Assembly: GCA_950097015.1 (NCBI GenBank)
Contig: CATNEN010000001.1
Coordinates: 9,796,001-9,860,000 of the forward strand
Reading direction: 5' to 3'
DNA length: 64,000 nt
DNA from: Macrostomum hystrix
Lineage: Eukaryota > Animalia > Platyhelminthes
Position numbers and translations under genes: made by a program. Below are positions 48,801-60,356 of this stretch, piece after piece. How positions within the stretch are numbered: the first letter of the stretch is position 1; every line of letters starts with the position of its first letter. The notes below the pieces were generated by a model. That model worked only from the letters and a program-made list of their open reading frames with translations, was not told where the DNA came from and searched no databases.

Positions 48801-51800
48801 TGAGATCTCATGTCTTCTCATATCTGCAAGTGAGATCCCATGTCTTCTCAGATCTGCAAGTGAGATCTCATGTCTTCTCAAATCTGCAAGTGAGATCCCA
48901 TGTCTTCTCAGATCTGCAAGTGAGATCCCATGTCTTCTCAAATCTGCAAGTGAGATCCCATGTCTTCTCAAATCTGCAAGTGAGATCTCATGTCTTCTCA
49001 GATCTGCAAGTGAGATCTCATATCTTCTCAGATCTGCAAGTGGGATCCCATGTCTTCTCAAATCTGCAAGTGAGATCTCATGTCTTCTCAGATTTGCAAG
49101 TGAGATCTCATATCTTCTCAGATCTGCAAGTGAGATCCCATGTCTTCTCAAATCTGCAAGTGAGATCCTATGTCTTCTCAGATCTGCAAGTGAGATCCCA
49201 TGTCTTCTCATATCTGCAAGTGAGATCCCATGTCTTCTCAGATCTGCAAGTGGGATCCCATGTCTTCTCATATCTGCAAGTGAGATCCCATGTCTTCTCA
49301 GATCTGCAAGTGAGATCCCATGTCTTCTCAGATCTGCAAGTGGGATCCCATGTCTTCTCAAATCTGCAAGTGAGATCCCATGTCTTCTCAAATCTGCAAG
49401 TGAGATCCTATGTCTTCTCAGATCTGCAAGTGGGATCCCATGTCTTCTCAAATCTGCAAGTGAGATCTCATATCTTCTCAGATCTGCAAGTGAGATTCCA
49501 TGTCTTCTCAAATCTGCAAGTGAGATCCCATGTCTTCTCAAATCTGCAAGTGAGATCCCATGTCTTCTCAAATCTGCAAGTGAGATCCTATGTCTTCTCA
49601 GATCTGCAAGTGGGATCCCATGTCTTCTCAAATCTGCAAGTGAGATCCCATGTCTTCTCAGATCTGCAAGTGGGATCCCATGTCTTCTCAAATCTGCAAG
49701 TGAGATCTCATGTCTTCTCAGATCTGCAAGTGAGATCTCATATCTTCTCAGATCTGCAAGTGGGATCCCATGTCTTCTCAAATCTGCATGTGAGATCTCA
49801 TGTCTTCTCAGATCTGCAAGTGAGATCTCATATCTTCTCAGATCTGCAAGTGAGATCCCATGTCTTCTCAAATCTGCAAGTGAGATCCTATGTCTTCTCA
49901 GATCTGCAAGTGAGATCCCATGTCTTCTCATATCTGCAAGTGAGATCCCATGTCTTCTCAGATCTGCAAGTGAGATCTCATATCTTCTCAGATCTGCAAG
50001 TGAGATCCCATGTCTTCTCAAATCTGCAAGTGAGATCCCATGTCTTCTCAAATCTGCAAGTGAGATCCCATGTCTTCTCAAATCTGCAAGTGAGATCTCA
50101 TGTCTTCTCAAATCTGCAAGTGAGATCCCATGTCTTCTCAAATCTGCAAGTGAGATCCTATGTCTTCTCAAATCTGCAAGTGAGATCTCATGTCTTCTCA
50201 AATCTGCAAGTGAGATCCCATGTCTTCTCAAATCTGCAAGTGAGATCCCATGTCTTCTCAAATCTGCAAGTGAGATCCCATGTCTTCTCAGATCTGTTGT
50301 GAGATCCCATGTCTTCTCAAATCTGCAAGTGAGATCTCATGTCTTCTCAAATCTGCAAGTGAGATCTCATGTCTTCTCAAATCTGCAAGTGAGATCCCAT
50401 GTCTTCTCAAATCTGCAAGTGAGATCCCATGTCTTCTCAAATCTGCAAGTGAGATCTCATGTCTTCTCAAATCTGCAAGTGAGATCCCATGTCTTCTCAA
50501 ATCTGCAAGTGAGATCCCATGTCTTCTCAAATCTGCAAGTGAGATCCCATATCTTCTCAGATCTGCAAGTGAAATCCCATGTCTTCTCAAATCTGCAAGT
50601 GAGATCCCATGTCTTCTCAAATCTGCAAGTGAGATCCCATGTCTTCTCAAATCTGCAAGTGAGATCTCATGTCTTCTCAAATCTGCAAGTGAGATCCCAT
50701 GTCTTCTCAAATCTGCAAGTGAGATCCTATGTCTTCTCAAATCTGCAAGTGAGATCTCATGTCTTCTCAAATCTGCAAGTGAGATCCCATGTCTTCTCAA
50801 ATCTGCAAGTGAGATCCCATGTCTTCTCAAATCTGCAAGTGAGATCCCATGTCTTCTCAGATCTGTTGTGAGATCCCATGTCTTCTCAAATCTGCAAGTG
50901 AGATCCCATGTCTTCTCAAATCTGCAAGTGAGATCTCATGTCTTCTCAAATCTGCAAGTGAGATCCCATGTCTTCTCAAATCTGCAAGTGAGATCCCATG
51001 TCTTCTCAAATCTGCAAGTGAGATCCCATATCTTCTCAGATCTGCAAGTGAAATCCCATGTCTTCTCAAATCTGCAAGTGAGATCCCATATCTTCTCAGA
51101 TCTGTTGTGTGATTTCATGGCTTCTCAAATATACAGATCTATCTTCCAAGCTTCTCATTTTAAGATCTCATATAGCTTCTCAGATAGATTCAAATCGCCC
51201 AAATCACACCCATAATATTTTCATCCCCAAGGTACACAATGTGGGATCCGACACTAACGCAGCGTCAGTTCGCCGGTATCTTGCTAGCCACTGCGTTAAC
51301 TCCGCTAGTATTTCTGCTGTTATCTAGGCAAGAAAAAACTGGTACTATTAGAAATCGTGGATTCAGCTTCAAGCAACTGCTATTCCCTGGAGTGTTTTCC
51401 GCATTTCTGATTGGTTAGTGATCTGGCTTGACCTTGAATTTCCAGCCAATCTTTGATGCCCTAAAGGTCTTATTGTTTCCTTTACAGCATTCTTCTATTG
51501 CGAATGGAATTTCTACTTGTTGGGATATACCACCTATCATACTGTGATGATTTTCTCCTGTCTGGTGTCGGCCGCGGTTTTAAAGTGAGTTAAAATTGGT
51601 TTACTCAATTGTTGGGGTAGCTAACTATCTACTGATAGATCAGGTGGGGTAGCTAACTACCTACTGATAGATCAGGTGGGGTAGCTAACTATCTTCTGAT
51701 AAATCAGGTGGGGTAGCTAACTATCTACTGATAGATCAGGTGGGGTAGCTAACTACCTACTGATAGATCAGGTGGGGTAGCTAACTATCTACTGATAGAT

Positions 51801-54800
51801 CAGGTGGGGTAGCTAACTATCTTCTGATAAATCAGGTGGGGTAGCTAACTATCTACTGATAGATCAGGTGGGGTAGCTAACTACCTACTGATAGATCAGG
51901 TGGGGTAGCTAACTACCTACTGATAGATCAGGTGGGGTAGCTAACTATCTACTGATAGATCAGGTGGGGTAGCTAACTACCTACTGATAGATCAGGTGGG
52001 GTAGCTAACTACCTACTGATAAATCAGGTGGGGTAGCTAACTATCTACTGAAGGATCAGGTGGGGTAGCTAACTACCTACTGATAGATCAGGTGGGGTAG
52101 CTAACTACCTACTGATAAATCAGGTGGGGTAGCTAACTATCTACTGAAGGATCAGGTGGGGTAGCTACCTACTGATAGATCAGGTGGGGTAGCTAACTAC
52201 CTACTGATAGATCAGGTGGGGTAGCTAACTACGTACTGAATAATCAAAAGTTTATAATAATTTCCTATTATTTCGGTTAGGCTGCCTGACACTAAGCTAC
52301 CATCCTGGCTGAAGTGTCTGCACCTGGCAGTTGTTGCTACCCGCTGCTTGCTCATAGCAACGCATCGCCTATCCGGCTCTAATAGGCGGGAAGTGTTCCC
52401 AGTGCCAGCAGTTGTCAGTCTGTGGCTAATCTGTTTGCAAGCTGTTCTTCTGTTGCGATTGCCTCGGCGACATTCGTTCTACACGGGAAACCAGCGTCAG
52501 ATTTTATTGGTTAGAACCGAAATTTCCTTATGTCCTTAGTATGCTACTAATGTAACTCGCTAGTAGCCATTAACGCAAAGTCTATCATTTTCAGTTCGCC
52601 TTGTCTGCTTGCGTTCTACTGGGCCTGTTGCATTTCCTCAGAAGCAGCATACTAGCATCTATTGCTGTCAGTGTTTTTGGCAGAAATTTGGACAATGGCG
52701 AGTTTATTGGTGAGCTAACTGATATCCATATTTTGCCTAGTCAATTTTTTCTTCGTGAAATTTCTGAAATTTGACTTTTTCCACTCCTATCGCAACTCTC
52801 CTCTCACCTCTCATCTCTCCTCTCACCTCTCCTCTGATCTCTCACCTCACCTCTCCTCTCATCTCTCACCTCTCCTCTTCTCTCTCCTCTGATCTCTCCT
52901 CTCCTATCTATTTTCTCTCGTACTTTCTAGTTTCTAGTCTAGATCTATAGCAGTAACATAACTTAAAAGTGGGATGAGTGGCAGAGCGGTAAATGCGTTT
53001 GCCTCTCGCACCACGGTCCCTGAGCTCGATTCCGCGGCGAGGCCACATTTATTTGGGGCGCAGCCGCGGAGAGAATGCTTGAGGGCTTGTCGTGCAATTT
53101 ACGACATTGAGGGCCAACCTCCAAGGCACAGCGAGAGTGTACACTGCCTGACGATGAGAAAGTCAGGGCAGATGTACACACCTGTGTGAGCGTATGCCTG
53201 CGTACAGTATCTGTGTGCGTGCGGGCTCAGGAGTCAGCGAAATGGGCAGAATTGCCTCCTCGCTGGCTGCGGGTCTAGTGTCGCCAAATGATGTGCCATT
53301 GCCCGCAGCCCTCCTGCAATTATTATTATTATATTATTAACATAACTTGAAAAAAACCTACATTGCCTTGACAATTTCCAGTTGTCTTCTTGTTGCTATG
53401 CTCACTGCTGCATTCAAAAAGTGTTTTATCTCAGCAATGGTCTCCAATGAAATGCTTCACAATCGGCTTCTGTCTGGCTGGCGTTGGCCTGGGTTTTCTG
53501 CGCAATGATTTACTACCATTTTTAGCATCCAATTCCAGGTAGATAAATGATACTTCATCTTAGATACTGCTTTAATCTTCAGGTTATATTTTATTATTGC
53601 ATTTCACTTTTTAGACTCGTGCTCTCAGCAGGGCAGGTCGTGATTCTAATCAGTGCCTACCTGATTGTTTGGCTGTTTAAAAGTGTAATTGCGGCAAAAC
53701 TTAACAGGAGCATTGTGATTGGCTGCCTATTGACTACTGAATATTTCTTTCTGTACTGCACAATAGTAAGTTATTTATTTTTTTAAACTTATGTTTTGAT
53801 CAACTTCTCAAAAGTGTGCTTCCAAGATCTCCAAACTGAGCCTACAATCATCCCAGATCCCCAAACTGAGCCTACAATCATCCCAGATCCCCAAACTGAG
53901 CCTAAAATCATCCCAGATCCTCAAACTGAGCCTACAATCATCCCAGATCTCCAAACTGAGCCTAAAATCATCCCAGATCCCCAAACTGAGCCTACAATCA
54001 TCCCAGATCCCCAAACTGAGCCTAAATCATCCCAGATCCCCAAACTGAGCCTAAATCATCCCAGATCCCCAAACTGAGCCTAAATCATCCCAGATCCCCA
54101 AACTGAGCCTACAATCATCCCAGATCCCCAAACTGAGCCTACAATCATCCCAGATCCTCAAACTGAGCCTACAATCATCCCAGATCCCCAAACTGAGCCT
54201 ACAATCATCCCAGATCCTCAAACTGAGCCTACAATCATCCCAGATCCCCAAACTGAGCCTACAATCATCCCAGATCCTCAAACTGAGCCTACAATCATCC
54301 CAGATCCCCAAACTGAGCCTACAATCATCCCAGATCCTCAAACTGAGCATACAATCATCCCAGATCCCCAAACTGAGCCTAAATCATCCCAGATCCCCAA
54401 ACTGAGCCTAAATCATCCCAGATCCCCAAACTGAGCCTACAATCATCCCAGATCCCCAAACTGAGCCTAAATCATCCCAGATCCCCAAACTGAGCCTACA
54501 ATCATCCCAGATCTCCAAACTGAGCCTACAATCATCACAGATCCTCAAACTGAGGCTACAATCATCCCAGATCCTCAAACTGAGCCTACAATCATCCCAG
54601 ATCCTCAAACTGAGCCTACAATCATCCCAGATCCTCAAACTGAGCCTACAATCATCCCAGATCCTCAAACTGAGCATACAATCATCCCAGATCTCCAAAC
54701 TGAGCCTACAATCATCCCAGATCTCCAAACTGAGCATACAATGATCCCAGATCTCCAAACTGAGCCTACAATCATCCCAGATCCCCAAACTGAGCCTACA

Positions 54801-57800
54801 ATCATCCCAGATCCTCAAACTGAGCCTACAATCATCCCAGATCCCCAAACTGAGCCTACAATCATCCCAGATCCCCAAACTGAGCCTACAATCATCCCAG
54901 ATCCCCAAACTGAGCCTAAATCATCCCAGATCCCCAAACTGAGCCTAAATCATCCCAGATCCCCAAACTGAGCCTAAATCATCCCAGATCCCCAAACTGA
55001 GCCTACAATCATCCTAGATCCCCAAACTGAGCCTAAATCATCCCAGATCCCCAAACTGAGCCTACAATCATCCTAGATCCCCAAACTGAGCCTAAATCAT
55101 CCCAGATCCCCAAACTGAGCCTACAATCATCCTAGATCCCCAAACTGAGCCTAAATCATCCCAGATCCCCAAACTGAGCCTAAATCATCCCAGATCCCCA
55201 AACTGAGCCTAAATCATCCCAGATCCCCAAACTGAGCCTAAATCATCCCAGATCCCCAAACTGAGCCTACAATCATCCTAGATCCCCAAACTGAGCCTAC
55301 AGTGATCCCAGATCCTCAAACTGAGCCTACAATCATCCTAGATCCTCAAACTGAGCCTACAATCATCCCAGATCCTCAAACTGAGCATACAATCATCCCA
55401 GATCCCCAAACTGAGCCTAAATCATCCCAGATCCCCAAACTGAGCCTAAATCATCCCAGATCCCCAAACTGAGCCTAAATCATCCCAGATCTCCAAACTG
55501 AGCCTAAATCATCCCAGATCCCCAAACTGAGCCTACAATCATCCCAGATCTCCAAACTGAGCCTACAATCATCACAGATTCTCAAACTGAGGCTACAATC
55601 ATCCCAGATCCTCAAACTGAGCATACAATCATCCCAGATCCCCAAACTGAGCCTACAATCATCCCAGATCCCCAAACTGAGCCTACAATCATCCCAGATC
55701 CCCAAACTGAGCCTAAATCATCCCAGATCCCCAAACTGAGCCTAAATCATCCCAGATCCCCAAACTGAGCCTAAATCATCCCAGATCCCCAAACTGAGCC
55801 TACAATCATCCTAGATCCCCAAACTGAGCCTAAATCATCCCAGATCCCCAAACTGAGCCTACAATCATCCTAGATCCCCAAACTGAGCCTAAATCATCCC
55901 AGATCCCCAAACTGAGCCTACAATCATCCTAGATCCCCAAACTGAGCCTAAATCATCCCAGATCCCCAAACTGAGCCTAAATCATCCCAGATCCCCAAAC
56001 TGAGCCTAAATCATCCCAGATCCCCAAACTGAGCCTACAATCATCCTAGATCCCCAAACTGAGCCTAAATCATCCCAGATCCCCAAACTGAGCCTACAAT
56101 CATCCCAGATCCCCAAACTGAGCCTAAATCATCCCAGATCTCCAAATTGAGCCTAAAGCATCCCAGATCCCCAAACTGAGCCTACAATCATCCTAGATCC
56201 CCAAACTGAGCCTAAATCATCCCAGATCCCCAAACTGAGCCTACAATCATCCTAGATCCTCAAACTGAGCCTACAATCATCCCAGATCCCCAAACTGAGC
56301 CTACAGTGATCACAGGTCTCCAAACTGAGCCTACAATCATCCCAGATCCTCAAACTGAGCCTACAATCATCCTAGATCCTCAAACTGAGCCTACAATCAT
56401 CCCAGATCCTCAAACTGAGCCTACAGTGATCCCAGGTCTCCAAACTGAGCCTACAATCATCCCAGATCCCCAAACTGAGCCTAAATCATCCCAGATCCCC
56501 AAACTGAGCCTAAATCATCCCAGATCCTCAAACTGAGGCTACAATCATCCCAGATCCTCAAACTGAGCCTACAATCATCCCAGATCCTCAAACTGAGCCT
56601 ACAATCATCCCAGATCCTCAAACTGAGCCTACAATCATCCCAGATCCTCAAACTGAGCATACAATCATCCCAGATCTCCAAACTGAGCCTACAATCATCC
56701 CAGATCTCCAAACTGAGCATACAATGATCCCAGATCTCCAAACTGAGCCTACAATCATCCCAGATCCTCAAACTGAGCCTACAATCATCCCAGATCCTCA
56801 AACTGAGCCTACAATCATCCCAGATCCCCAAACTGAGCCTACAATCATCCCAGATCCCCAAACTGAGCCTACAATCATCCCAGATCCCCAAACTGAGCCT
56901 AAATCATCCCAGATCCCCAAACTGAGCCTAAATCATCCCAGATCCCCAAACTGAGCCTAAATCATCCCAGATCCCCAAACTGAGCCTACAATCATCCTAG
57001 ATCCCCAAACTGAGCCTAAATCATCCCAGATCCCCAAACTGAGCCTACAATCATCCTAGATCCCCAAACTGAGCCTAAATCATCCCAGATCCCCAAACTG
57101 AGCCTACAATCATCCTAGATCCCCAAACTGAGCCTAAATCATCCCAGATCCCCAAACTGAGCCTACAATCATCCTAGATCCCCAAACTGAGCCTAAATCA
57201 TCCCAGATCCCCAAACTGAGCCTACAATCATCCTAGATCCCCAAACTGAGCCTAAATCATCCCAGATCCCCAAACTGAGCCTAAATCATCCCAGATCCCC
57301 AAACTGAGCCTAAATCATCCCAGATCCCCAAACTGAGCCTACAATCATCCTAGATCCCCAAACTGAGCCTACAGTGATCCCAGGTCTCCAAACTGAGCCT
57401 ACAATCATCCCAGATCCTCAAACTGAGCCTACAATCATCCCAGATCCTCATTTGGGATTTATCTGCGATTTATCACTGCCTATTTCCTATTCCAGTTTGA
57501 CCAATCGCTTTTGACCAGCCAGTCAGTTGTGGCACTGGTTAGTTCAGCCTGCATCTCTTCCAGCTTCGTTCTGTCTCTAGTTGGCACTGTGAGAGCAGAG
57601 CGAGTGTTCAGGCCATCTGTTGGGCTGTGAGTACATCCATTTTGCTTTTTTATGACTGTCAACTCAAAGTTAACGAATTTTAACTCAAAGTTAACGGATT
57701 GTAACTCAAAGTTAACGGATGCTAACTGAAAGCTAACGGATGTTAACTCTAATTTAACGGATGTTAACTTAAAGTTAACGGATGCTAACTCAAATTTAAC

Positions 57801-60209
57801 GGATGTCCCGCTAAAAATAGGGATGTTTCTTTGGGTAATTCCAGTTGGAATCTGCGGTGTTTCCAGAAAAAGAAATAGCCGAACGCTGGAAACATACCAA
57901 TCGGATGATTCCATGCTTAGAATCTACCCAACTGGGCGTTTTCTCGGTGCTTCTTGGTGGCGAAATGGAATCACCCAAAGAATCCTCCAGTTCGGAAGAT
58001 TCCATGCTCAGAAACCGCCGAGGAATCGCCCGTAAATAATTCTCTGGTTGTCCCATGGGCCACTGGTTCGGGTGATTCTTCGGCGGTTTCCGCACAATTT
58101 ACGGTTACATCGGCTGCTTCCTGTGTGGTTTCTTTAACTCTTGCGAGATAGGGGGGGTTTTGGTAGATTCCACTCCTATTTTGCTCAAAAAACCCGCCGA
58201 AGAAGCAGCCGAATTTTTTACAGGGGTTAACTCTAATTTAACGTATTTTCTCTAAAATAACTTGTTCATTATATTTAAAAACATTTTGTCTAGATTTGCC
58301 GGCATCATACTACTGTGTGGCGCGCATTTCATACTACTGCCCAGTTGGTCATCATTTGCGTTGATTCTGTTTGCTGTTTATCATCAGGCCATTGCTTGTC
58401 GTTGGCTTCGTACTGTGGCAAAGGTTTAATTTACAATCTGTGCTTTTATCAAGCTTAAAATGCCTGAATTCACATTAACGCAAAAAACACGTGCTCTAAA
58501 AAACCCGAAACTATCCCGAATCTTCACAAAACCGGAAACTATTCAGAATCTTCATAAAATCCGAAACTTTTCTGAATCTTCACAAAACCTGAAACTATCC
58601 CGAATCTTCACAAAACCCGAAACTATTCAGAATCTTCACAAAACCCGAAACTATTCAGAATCTTCACAAAATCCGAAACTATTCAGAATCTTCACAAACC
58701 CGAAACTATTCAGAATCTTCACAAAATCCGAAACTATTCAGAATCTTCACAAAACCCGAAACTATTCCGAATCTTCATGAAACTCGAAACTATTCCGAAT
58801 CTTTAAAAAACCTGAAACTTCACAAAATCCGAAACTATTCAGAATCTTCACAAAATCCGAAACTATCCCGAATCTTCACAAACCCGAAACTATTCAGAAT
58901 CTTCACAAAACCTGAAACTATCCCGAATCTTCACAAAATCCGAAACTATCCCGAATCTTCACAAACCCGAAACTATTCAGAATCTTCACAAAATCCGAAA
59001 CTATTCCGAATCTTCACAAAACCCGAAACTATTCCGAAACCCTTAAATATTCCGAATCTTCATGAAACTCGAAACTATTCCGAATCTTTAAAAAACCCGA
59101 AACTATTCAGGGTCTTCACAAACCCGAAACTAATCAAAATCGTCCCATCAAAAATCTTCCAGTCTAATCCTGATTTGGTGCAGCTAACTTCGGACCTATC
59201 GCTAGAGGAACGTCTGTACAATGGCCTCCTACTAGTTGCTTACACTCTACTTATCATCGGCTGTTGGAATCCTCTAGAAAATGTCATTGTAAGTTTCATT
59301 TGTTCTAGTTTTAATCATATGAACGCATTAATTTACGAGTACAAAATTTTAGTTTAGGTTCTGGTCTAGGGATGAGGGTGTCGGGACTCCGAGGTCGTGG
59401 GTTCGATTCCTGACTCCATTGGAACAATTGGTGTCCGTTAGTAAGATACTTAACTTTGCATTGCTTCAGTTCACCCAGCTCTTAAATGGGTTCCAGCATC
59501 AGCTGGGGAAATTGAGGGTTGGTGTCCATGGACTGAACAGTTGTACACAACGTCACTTCCGCTTGCCACCGAATCGCCAATTATTCAGTGCCTGCTGACA
59601 GCGCCGCAGCTGCTGCTGGCCTGGCTGGGTCCGCGCCGCCGTGCACCATTTGTCATCGCCCTGCTAGTACACTGTCAGATGGCATCGCTCTATTGCGTGG
59701 ATTTCTATGGCAGCAATGACTCTAGCAGCAGTGAGAATATGACCTACAGTTCAGACTCCACCTGGTGGACTAGATTAGTAGGCCTATTGGAATCGATTCT
59801 GTGCCTGGGACAGCTGCCTCTGCACTATATTCTATGGGCCAGAGAGTTCCAAGAGAGCACTGCTCAAGATGACGACTACTGTTGTAACGAATTTCGTTTA
59901 CCGCTAACTAGTATATTTGCTAGTATATTTGCTAGTATATTTGCTAGTACTGGTTTCTCATTGTTTAAAGCTTCGAATCGTAGACGCGTTGCTAATGACG
60001 ACGATTTAACTCCGGTGTTCATCGCCCTGATTGTGTTACCTATGCCGGTGTGCCTACTGGCCTTGATGGCGTCCAGCGCACAGGCTGCCTACCTGTCCGT
60101 TGTCACCCTGTTGCTGGGCTGCGACTTCCTTATTGAAGATTATGCCGACTTTTTGAAAGATTTGCTGAGCGCATCGTTTGCCGCTCTGAACGATGGCAAA
60201 ACTTTGTAG
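27822..60209 (+). CDS. Polytopic integral membrane protein, about 982 aa, 18 exons; resembles plant NO EXINE FORMATION 1 (NEF1)
   Basis: Exons 27822-27904, 27983-28045, 28147-28221, 29415-29538, 30385-30503, 30593-30776, 31562-31640, 34177-34459, 51232-51413, 51488-51584, 52281-52509, 52595-52709, 53382-53538, 53615-53765, 57496-57626, 58294-58423, 59163-59288, 59589-60209. All 17 introns are GT-AG and phases chain without stops (2949 nt); nearly continuous hydrophobic helices; AATAAA at 60344. The gene model is well supported; the NEF1 resemblance is from remembered sequence. Confidence 0.85.
28303..29316. repeat. Minisatellite, 32-bp unit, about 31 copies (intron 3)
   Basis: Unit CTAGGTTTATGACTGCCTAGATTGATAATCTT. 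Confidence 0.97.
29572..30335. repeat. Minisatellite, 21-bp unit, about 36 copies (intron 4)
   Basis: Unit GCATTCCCACTGATCCTTCAG, degenerating towards the 3' end. Confidence 0.96.
30820..31335. repeat. Minisatellite, about 30-bp unit, about 17 copies (intron 6)
   Basis: Unit GTAGTGTACATTGGGTTTCCCCTCTGTCCC. Confidence 0.93.
31762..34060. repeat. Minisatellite, 33-bp unit, about 70 copies (intron 7)
   Basis: Unit AAAATAGGGATAATTCTTCACTGGGATAGCTAY. Confidence 0.98.
34644..51110. repeat. Satellite array, 30-bp unit (29-bp variant), about 16.5 kb / about 550 copies, with higher-order structure (intron 8)
   Basis: Unit GTGAGATCCCATGTCTTCTCAGATCTGCAA; the 29-bp variant has GTT in place of GCAA; 387-bp and 3107-bp higher-order periods. 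Confidence 0.99.
51613..52240. repeat. Minisatellite, 32-bp unit, about 20 copies (intron 10)
   Basis: Unit GGTGGGGTAGCTAACTAYCTACTGATAGATCA. Confidence 0.96.
52780..52920. repeat. CT-rich low-complexity tract (intron 12)
   Basis: CTCTCCTCTCACCTCTC-type polypyrimidine repeats. Confidence 0.85.
52965..53337 (+). mobile_element. Full-length tRNA-derived SINE family A with 11-bp TSD (intron 12)
   Basis: TSD TAACATAACTT at 52954-52964 and 53338-53348; A box TGGCAGAGCGG, B box GCTCGATTCC, (ATT)n tail. Confidence 0.9.
53822..57450. repeat. Minisatellite, 30/29-bp units, about 120 copies (intron 14)
   Basis: Unit AAACTGAGCCTACAATCATCCCAGATCCCC; the 29-bp variant lacks the C of TACAA. Confidence 0.98.
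57660..57806. repeat. Short 21-bp minisatellite (intron 15), interrupted by a MITE
   Basis: Unit TAACTCAAAGTTAACGGATGY, about 7 copies, resuming at 58226. Confidence 0.85.
57807..58225. mobile_element. CACTA/EnSpm-like MITE with CCC...GGG termini and 2-bp TSD (GT)
   Basis: CCCGCTAAAAAT...ATTTTTTACAGGG flanked by GT on both sides. Removal restores the repeat unit GGATGTTAACTCTAATTTAACG. Internal motif CCGCCGA(A/G)GAA occurs in both orientations. Confidence 0.7.
58497..59135. repeat. Minisatellite, 28-bp unit, about 22 copies (intron 16)
   Basis: Unit AAAACCCGAAACTATTCAGAATCTTCAC. Confidence 0.95.
59355..59552 (+). mobile_element. tRNA-derived CORE-type SINE (family B) in intron 17
   Basis: B box GGTTCGATTCC; segment AAGATACTTAACTTTGCATTGCTTCAGTTCACCCAGCTCTTAAATGGG resembles the MIR CORE; 3' GTCCATGGACTGAAC is shared with 10670-10895. 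Confidence 0.7.
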
Positions 60210-60356
60210 TAAACATAATAGAGTATGATTTGAGCTGTGCTCGAACCTACTCTGCTTTTATTTCATTGCTTTGACAATACTTTGGCCACTTTAAATGACA
60301 CTTTTGAATGATCTTATTACATTAAGTAATCCCATTGCCCTCTAATAAAATCTTAC

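Noticed and set aside
34616-51215. Very long ORFs (up to 1376 aa) on both strands
   Set aside because: They are translations of a 30-bp unit that lacks stops in several frames. The 29-bp variants shift frames freely, and the array lies within intron 8 of the membrane-protein gene.
53136-53180. Hammerhead ribozyme core-like CTGACGA...GAAA in SINE family A
   Set aside because: Only 3 nt separate the two boxes (no stem II), and there is no properly placed stem III/NUH. The region folds better as a simple hairpin.
59541-60209. Stand-alone 222-aa membrane protein
   Set aside because: It is the terminal exon (from 59589) of the 18-exon gene; the apparent start lies in a SINE tail within the intron.
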